A DNA stretch of 64,000 nucleotides from Chrysemys picta bellii. Taxonomy: Eukaryota. A program made the translations under genes and the position numbers. Below are positions 55,855 through 64,000 of the stretch, piece by piece; position 1 is the first letter of the stretch, and the number at the start of each line of letters is the position of its first letter. The DNA lies in contig NC_088806.1 in the NCBI RefSeq assembly GCF_011386835.1, positions 26,226,001-26,290,000 of the forward strand, given 5' to 3'. Under the pieces are notes generated by a model. The model did no database searches and was not told the origin of the DNA. It was given only the letters and a program-made list of their open reading frames with translations.

Positions 55855-58800
55855 TGTAGCATCCTCGGCTGAGGATTAGAGGGTATGCAAGACGCTGACG
55901 CAAAACAGCCAGAGAGCAAAGCTTTGCCCCATGGCCAGGGACAACTGCCCCAGGGTAGCTTTCTCTGACCCCATTGCTGGTTCACCTGAGTCCCCCTGGG
56001 CTTCAAAGCGCCATAGCTAATTAAAGGGCAGCAATATAGTCGAGTGGTTATCACAGGTCTGGGAATCAGGACTCCTGGGTTCTATTCCCAGCTGTGCTGC
56101 TGACATGCTGATTGATCTTGGGGCAAGTTACAGCCCCTTCTCATGCATCAATTTCCCCATCTGTACAATCTGGGGATGTTTGGATCTGGGATAATGGTTT
56201 AGGCTTGTCTCTAAATATGAGGCTCGTAGCTGCTTTGCATTGTGGTTGAAAGGGGTGCTTGTGAGGGCTGGGAGTGATGGTTTGTTATTGTAGGGTCTGT
56301 TCAGGAGCTCTGCTGGCATTGGCATCAGTTTAGAAAGCATTTGTCTTGACGGGGGGGGGTGAGAAATGAGGAGCTTTGCTGATGCACATAAAGAAAAGGG
56401 GAGGTGAGCTTTGAAGCTCGCATGCTGGTCTGAGCCGCCCCCTGCAATCTGGCGACCGGACTGTTCTATGGAGAATGACCTCGACCTGTGCCACGCAGTT
56501 AAAAAGTTCCTCCTTCTAGGAACACCAAAAAGTGGCACTGGCTCTGCCCTGCTGTGCGCAGCCCCTTGATGGCCTGTGTGCCGCTCAGGCGGGTTTGCAG
56601 CTGCTGCCGTTCCCACTGGGCTTGGGAATATTTTCAGCCTTCGGAATGTCAGTCGGTGCAGGAGGAAGTGTCTGGGGCTGAAGGGAAACCAGGTGTTTCG
56701 CTACAGGGGGGTCCCAAGTGTGATCTCGATGCAGGACTCCTTGTACTCAGTGACCGCTCGGGGGCAGGTTTGCAGAGCGATCAAACAAAGGAGGGAGAGC
56801 GGATGAGGTGGCGGGGAGCTGCCGCCGAGGCCTCTCTCGTCTTGGATCAGTGTCTGAGAACCTGCTGGGGGGCGGAGGGGGAAGGTCTCTGCAGCTTCTG
56901 GATCCATGTCTGTGCAGCCAGTAGGTTAAGATGAAGCAGAATTGGAGGCTGCATTATCTGCTGGACTTCAGGCTGGTGGTGGTGACGGGGGACCCAACAG
57001 AACAGTGATCAGAGGCCTGCGAGGTGACTGATGGGAAAGCTGGATTTCCAGCATCGGGGGACAACATGAGACCCCAGCCTAAAGGACTGGGGCAGAACCA
57101 GCGGGTAACCGCCAGGGCTCGATGACCAGCTGGCCTTCTGTTCTGTTCAGGTTCTCACTCCAAGCCCATCACCGTGGCATCCGAGCTCATGGGCACCAGT
57201 ATTGTCATCCCAGCAGCGTGCTGCACTCTCTGGCTCTCCTCTGTGAGACGGTGACACTCAGCTAGCTGAAGGAGAAAGGGGGAGGGTGGCAGGATCGGGG
57301 CGGCGCAAGGGGTGTTAACTCGCCAAGCACGTGCCTCAGGCGAGCTGGCTTCGATGTATGGTTACGATCACCAGCGACATGAGTGTAGTGAGTTCTCATC
57401 CTAGTCACGGGAGAGGTTTGTGCTTGTCACAGAATCCCTGCACCGTCGGGCACAACTGGCAGTGACTGATTAGAGAAGCAAGAATAGCAGGAAAGTTGGG
57501 GTGAGTGGGAGGCCAGGCCTGGACTACCAAGGGGGGCTTCAGGTCAGGATTGAGGTGCCCTGGCAGAGCTGTGTGGAAGAGCCAGGACTGGAATAATAGC
57601 AGGTGGGGGTTGAGGTGTATTTACAGAGCAGGGGGAGGAGCGGGGGAGCTTGCACATTGCCTGCCTGCGGCATTGCCTGGCTCTAGCCAATGTTATCAGC
57701 TTCTCATCACAAGCATTAAATTTATGGCCAGCTTCCAACTGCTCCTGCAGTCAGAAGAACCCACGGTCTCTGGGTCTGGCAGCAGAGGCTCAGCATTGGC
57801 TGCTGGGAAGGATATTTTTACTTTAACTCCCCAGTATCCAAAATAAGCCCCATGCCACCCTGGCTGTGCCAGAGGCTCACCCCAAGGGACATTCCAGCCC
57901 CTGGTTCCCAACACAACGCTCCCCTGCCCCCCACTGCACGTTCAGAGGTTGCACAGCAAACTGCAAACGGACCCTGAGCCTCCCCGGGAGACGCATTCCA
58001 GGCCCGTCAGGCTTTGGAGCCAGTGAGGACAGGCCGTTAGCTCTGTGTGCGAGACCTGGAGCCCAAGGCTTTTTAAGGAAAGGGAAAGCCGTGAACTGGA
58101 TGAGCCATGGGAAAGTTATCCAAGGAGCTGACTGCTGCACTCCTGGCTATGAGCAATCCGGGACCTGCAGCTATTCAGCCCGAGGAGCTGCTCTGGCCAA
58201 GAGGTACCAGGCGTTAGGAGGCATTGCTGGTAATATTGACAGGGAGCGTAATCTACTCAAGCCCAGGACTGAGGGGTGGGTCTCCTGGGTTCTCTCACCT
58301 CTGGGAAGTGGTAGTGGTTAGAGCTGGGGGGCTGGAAGGCAGGACTCCTGGGTTCTATTTCTGGCTCTGCTGCTGGGTGACCTTGATGCAGGACGTGCCA
58401 CCTCTTCCAGTGCCTCTGTTTACCCTGCTGTGGAACGGGGATAGTGCCAAACATGCCCGTGCTGTTGAAGTGTTTTGCCATCCTAAAGGGGAAAGGGGCT
58501 TGCGACGGGCCGAGTCCAATCTAGAAATGCTTTGTCCAAAGGAGCAGTGTCCTGTCCCAGTACTCTGCCCTTCCCTAGCTGCTTCCCAGACTTCACTAGC
58601 CAGCACTGCCACTTGCCCCAGGGCTCATGCCAGCCCCTGAACAAACCCAAACAGTGCAGAGTTAACTCCCGGGCACTCTTTATTGCTGGTCACTTTCAGG
58701 ATCATTGTCTTAATTATTGGAGCAGCAAAACCTACCCTCTCTCGCCCCCGTCCCTCTGGATCCTCCACTCTCCTCCTCCCCAGGGTTCCCTTCTGCTGCT

Positions 58801-60099
58801 CAGACTTTCACCTTGCGCTCCCCATGTTTGGATTTCCAATTTTTTAAAAAATCTGAGGCAACCTCTGTCAGTTTCATTCGCTGATTTCTTCGGGCCCCTG
58901 AGCTGGGGAAACGGGAGACAAGTCCTCCTGGGACGAGCAGGCACCATGTCAGCCCATCCCGCACTGCACCTGCTTCCCTCCCTTCCCCTTACCTCTCCTC
59001 CCTCTCCCGCACCATCTCGCCTCTTTCTTCTGGGAGCCAGTCGTGATGGACCCTCTGCTTACTGTGCTGCTCCGTGGCCACATCTCCTGCCCACAGCCCA
59101 GTCTCCTTGTCCCTCCTGACATCAGGCAGAGCTAGAGCCAGAATCGCCACTCCCCAAACCCCTTTAGCAAATGCAGGGTCACTGTAGCTGCAGCCCACGC
59201 CCGGGGCGTGGCGTGCGTGCATCATCCTTCCATTGGAAAGGGAGGGCGGGAGGTGGCTGCTTCGAATGTGCTGACACCTCCCTCCTCCAGTGGGGGCGCT
59301 TCACCCCTGGGAGCTGCTCTAGGGCGGAGACACCCTGGTACTGACTGTTGTATCGCAGCATGAAGGAACTGCCAGCACGAAGGCATGACTGTATTCCCAC
59401 TGTCCACCAGTACACTGCAGTGTCTGGGAATCCCGGTCGCTGATGACTGCATCAGAACAAGTAGATCACAGCATCCAGGAATTCTTGTTGCTAAGCTCTG
59501 ACTGCATCCCATCTGCCTGGAAACCCCTGTCCCTGAAGTTCCTTGGTGTCACCTCCATTATAGCCCAGCACCAAGTCCGTCGTCATCCCCCGCCCCCCGC
59601 CCCAAATTCCTCCACATCTCCGAGTACTGAGCCTGACCCCCAGAGGTTGCTGAGCTAGCTCTTCTTATTGCAGGCCGTGCTAGACAGTTGCTAGAGGTCA
59701 CGCTGATTTGCCTTGGAAAAGGAATCGACAGCTGTGCTAACGACAGCGTTAGCAGGCACTAGCCCCTCGCCCTCGTCTCTGGATATAGCCCATCGACCCC
59801 ATGTGCCCCGCACAGCAGTAACGCGATTACTGCCGCCCACCAGAACTGAATGAACTCACCGCTCCGTGTTCTCATCAGCCTTCCAGGCCGAACAAAATAA
59901 TTAGCCTCCCCTAACCTCATTAGAAGTCATTTACGCTCATTCAGATGTGGGCAGGCCAGTGAAACAGACCCAGAGCTCAGCTGGCATGACGGGTAGCTGG
60001 AGTTCCAGCTCACAGCAGCTACTGCTGAGCCCCAGGAGAGGAGGGAACTGGGCCTCCCTGGGCAGACTCGTGATTGCCTGGTTTTAACACATACATAGA

Positions 60100-60237
60100 C
60101 AAAGGTGCTGGAACTAGGGGTGTTGGGGGTGCTGCTGCACCCCCTGGCTTCCAGTGTTTTCCATTATATCCAGGGTTTACAATTTGGTTCAATGGCTCTC
60201 AGCACCCCCACTATACCCATTGTTCCAGCCCCCCCTG
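60100..60237. mobile_element. 138-bp hAT MITE
   Basis: CA..GGTGCTGGAAC/GTTCCAGC.CCCCTG termini; 8-bp TSD TACATAGA (60092-60099, 60238-60245). Confidence 0.88.
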
Positions 60238-60469
60238 TACATAGAACGTTTCATCTTCCGAGCACTTAGTAAACCTTAGTCCCAGCTCACAGAGATGTTG
60301 CTAGGTAAGGAGGGGTGGAGAGACTGACCCTGCCTCTGGAATGCAGCCACCTCTGGGGGTGGAATGTGGCAGCTGCTCCGCAGCTCCCTGTGTAATTGTT
60401 TCAGACAAGAAACGAAGCCGCTTGTCTCCGGCTGAAGCTTCGCAAGGAGCTCGGATACGCAGACTGTGG

Positions 60470-60640
60470 AATCAGGAGACTTGTGCTCAGTTCCCAGTTC
60501 TGCCACTGACTCATTGTGTGACCTCGGGGGAGTCACCCCTCCCTGTCTCCGTTTCTCCCGCTGTAAAATGGGGATGTTGATCCAGCCCTGAGGTCCCTGG
60601 ATGCAGCGTGCAATAGAAGGGCTCAGTATAAACATTACTT
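60470..60640 (+). mobile_element. MIR/CORE-SINE-like fragment
   Basis: tcagttcccagttctgccactgactcattgtgtgacctcgggggagtcac...ctgtaaaatgggg. Confidence 0.65.
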
Positions 60641-62984
60641 TCCAAGAGCCAAGTCTTCAGGACCCCATTTCTACACCTCATCTGCAGAAGAACATCCCCC
60701 AAGCGGCACTGAGGTGCGGAGGGCATGGTTACCGGGCACAGGCAGAGCTGGAATAGTGTGTCAGGATCGGGGGGCACTGGAAGAGCTGTTAGGGGGAAAA
60801 TTGCCTAGAGCCGGCTTGCTCTACACTTCACTCTAGCTAGGGCTCGTATTGAGGGGACTGTTGGAGGATTGCAAAGCTGGGGTAAGGACCAGCTCTTCTG
60901 GGTCTTGGCCTGATGAAATTCTGAGCCCCGACCCATGCCTGCAGCCAGCTGTCTGGGCTATGGGTGCACGCCCTGGGCAGAGCCCAGCAGGGATGCTAGG
61001 AATGAGCTGGGGGATGTCCGCGGAATGGGAAGAATGAGCCTGGACAAAGGGCCGGAGATTGGAACTTCCAACAAATCCTGATGGATGATGAATGAGATCC
61101 TCAGAGGAAGCCAAAGCATTGTCCAAAGCATCAAAGCCCGAGCTTCCTGGTGGGGGGCCCTGTGCTCTCTGGGCAGGATGCCTGTAGCACACGCTCTGCC
61201 TGGAGAGGTGACTCTAGCTCCCGGGGCCCACCTACGGAATCTCGTCTTTCCCTGATTTCCCCTAGGACGCCAAAGTTTTAACCGTCCTAGGCTAGAAAGG
61301 GTTAAACGGAATGAACCCCGAGCGGTCGTTCTCGCCGGTTTATATTGCTGTGTAACTCCAGGGGCATCAGGGATCTGCTGCAGGATTGTGGCCGTAAACT
61401 CCATTTATTATGAATTATTCTGGGGTGAAAATCCAGCCGCTCCGCTCCTGCCTGGGCATGAGTCTCTCTGCTCCATCCCGTTAGCAATTCTATCCCAGCT
61501 CCCGGGTCCACGTGCGGCTCCCAACTCGCTGGATCTCTGCTCTGGGCAAGCGGCACTCCTCACAACAGACGCACACACTGCCTGCTGGAGAGGGGATTAT
61601 AAACACACACAGGTCTCCCCTTCCCTCCCCATCACAGCTTCCCTGCAATGCTTTGGAGGAGCAGAGAGCCAGCAAAGCGCTGGCCAATCTCACCCTGCTG
61701 ATCGGTCTGGGGTTGGCTACTTTGAGTTCAGTTCTCCTCTGGAATCCTCCCTCCCCTATTACTTGTGAACGTGTCCTAGGGGGTGGGAGCTTCTCCCAGA
61801 TCCCTGTCTCTGAAGCGGAACACAGCAGGGTTAATTTTTTTCTGACTCATTTAAAACAATGGGTGATTGTGCTGTATCTGCTCTGGGACTGGGGAAGCCC
61901 TTGTTTTCCTGTTTCCTCTAGCATGGCCTATGGATGTGAGCAGAGATACTAAAGATGACCACACTGCGCTTTGGGGCAGGCCCAGGAGTGACACAGCGGC
62001 AACACAGCATGGTGTCGATGTTGAAACAAGCCTGCTGAATGGAGAGCCGGGGCGGGGGGGGGGGGGGGGGGAGAGGTGTGTGGGCAGCCTAGTCCCTGTC
62101 GGATTTGCTTCCAGTTTACGCCAGTGCAGGTGAGAGGGAACCCAGCCCATGGAGAAGCCTTTCATTTCTCAGGGCCTTACTTTCCCCAGCACCTGTCATC
62201 CAAGAGGTGAGCCCCAAGGTATAGGAATCCTTTCACCCACCACTAAGATGCAGCCACCTCTGGAGTGGGACACGGCAGCTGTTTTAACAGCCCCACAGCC
62301 ATGAGGCACAACAGGTTAGGATAGGATGCAAAGAAGAAAATTGTATGCAGTTGATTTAGGGCCCAGTCCTGCAAGGTGCTGAGCTCCCTCAAGTCTTTGG
62401 GGTCTGTGGGAGTGGAGGGTGCTCAACAGTTCCATGCAGGGTCAGGCCCTTAGAGAGGGTCCCCAGAATAAAGCCGATAGGATCTGTCTTTTCCACAAAA
62501 AGAATGGGCTTTCCTTCCTCCTGCCCCTTTGTTCAGACTGGCAGCCTTGCGGATCTCTGCCAGCCGCAGCTCCGAATATGGGGGTTTCCGGAGCAAGGTT
62601 TCTGAAGCAGGGGGATGGCTGTCCCGGGGAAGCTGGGGCACTAATATCCTTTCTGGAAATTCTCCAAAGAGCGCTGGGAAACGCATGCAAAATCCATGGG
62701 AAAAACCTGCCCGGCTAAATCCCACTGTTCTGAGCCAGTGGGCTTCCATTCCCCTCTGCCCCTTTTTACAGCCCGCCTGATGGTTTTCTAATGTTCACCG
62801 GCCTGAGATATTAGCTGTTGAGCTGAGACTCTCTCTCTAGGCCACAGGGATCAGAACTCGGTCTGGCTGCAGTGACCAGAGCAAGGCAGGGAGCAGCTGC
62901 AGAACCTCAGCCATAAACAGGATCATTGAGAAGAGATAAAAGGGCCATAGCACGGCCCAGGGGCTCAAGCATCAGACTGCGATC

Positions 62985-63110
62985 TGGCTTCCCGCTCTGA
63001 CACTGACTGACTGGGTGGCCCTTGGCAACGGACTAGCCCTTTCTGTGCTTCAGTTTCCCCCTCTGCAATGGCGGTGACCTGCCTTTATAAAGCACGGGGG
63101 GATCTGCAGA
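62985..63110 (+). mobile_element. MIR/CORE-SINE-like fragment
   Basis: gctctgacactgactgactgggtggcccttggcaa...gcttcagtttccccctctgcaa. Confidence 0.6.
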
Positions 63111-64000
63111 GGAAACGGGCTGGACAGGAGTTAGGCAGTCACTGTAAATGCAAGTTCAGGGGAGAGCTCCGTGCAGTAGCCCTCTCCTTATCACTAGTCA
63201 GCATGTCCTTGGCTGAGTCTTGGCTGGGGAGGAGTGTGGGAATTGGCCGGGCAAAGCCACTGGAAAATCGCCCGGCCTTTACACCGCATCTCAACTATTT
63301 CACCAGCCTGTAAAAAAACCCTGACTTGCCCTAAGCTGGTGAATTTAGCCAGGCTGCCTCCAACCTGCCCCAGCCCAGAGCACGATACAAGAGCCGCCTT
63401 CCCAGGATACCGGACAGAATAAAGCCCTGCAAGGAAACTCAGACCTAGGGACAGCAAAGCGCAGGGGCTGTTGTGAGTACGCTCCAAACCCAAGCCTGCT
63501 AACGCAATGGACCTTAATAAGGGGCTCTGGCACCTGGAGAGGATGGAGCCAGGCAGGGCACACAGTCCGCTCTGGATCAGCGGCAGCAGGAAAAGGGGAC
63601 AGAGGGTGTCGGTGGTTCTACCTCGGTGGGCTTAAGGGGCTGTGTTCCTGCTGCATGGGGCAATCGGCAAATCTTGAGACTAGAGCTAGTCCTGGGGAGC
63701 AGAGCCCCTTCCGCCACCCCAACCCCGCCCCACCATCCCCCCACTGTCGCTGCTGCTGCCACCGGGCGCCATTTTTCTTTCCTGCAAAAATTAAGCTTTA
63801 TTCCTTTTGTCCCCAGTCCAGCGCAAGCAGCCCAGTGACGAGCCCTGGCCACTTGGCCAGCGACGAGCCCTGGCCACTGGGCCAGCAGACCCACTAGCCG
63901 TGAGGCCGCTGGGATGGGAGACGTGCCATATAACTGAGACCCAGGGCATGGAATACACCCAGCAGAAGAGTGATCAGAAGTAAACAGAGGTACCAGGGGA

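Noticed and set aside
59404-59590. Minus-strand GFPGRW...DTAVYWW resembling an Ig V-set remnant
   Set aside because: The F-strand Cys is absent, spacing is ~30 aa instead of 21-23, there are two in-frame stops, and no upstream C/WYxQ motif was found. A TBLASTN hit would be needed to revive it.
60620-60668. Minus-strand CUGAAGA...GAAA hammerhead-like core
   Set aside because: No stem II pairing, G at cleavage position 17, and no PLE context.
63832-63881. 25-bp tandem duplication
   Set aside because: Simple slippage-type duplication.
55000-64000. MCAM exon 1, expected by synteny
   Set aside because: No ATG-signal-peptide-donor exon or CpG-island promoter was recognised; it probably lies beyond the window.
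27-64000. tRNA, rRNA, snRNA and snoRNA genes
   Set aside because: No intact cloverleaf, T-loop context or box C/D pair with a terminal stem was seen; only SINE-derived tRNA-like heads.

Overview
GC-rich vertebrate genomic DNA. The repeat content (Penelope-like elements, CR1, MIR-like SINEs, hAT MITEs, LTRs) suggests a turtle; this is inferred from recalled repeat families, not from a search. Gene order matches human 11q23.3: the last five coding exons of USP2 (+), complete 13-exon MFRP (+, 596 aa), C1QTNF5/CTRP5 (+, 2 coding exons, 242-246 aa) and RNF26 (-, single coding exon, 503 aa). MCAM is expected further right but was not found in the window. The most notable unannotated features are: (1) two minimal type-I hammerhead ribozyme motifs carried by Penelope-like fragments, one with an intact core, sense-oriented in the putative C1QTNF5 intron 1; (2) a likely U12-type intron in USP2; (3) MFRP and C1QTNF5, dicistronic in mammals, separated by ~9.8 kb with poly(A) signals, a binary-coded VNTR and a probable independent first exon; (4) an internally deleted LTR element with a tRNA-Ser-like PBS that split a minisatellite whose arms then diverged; (5) an 845-bp hAT element built of nested palindromes. 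All calls come from manual reading, and homologies are from memory.
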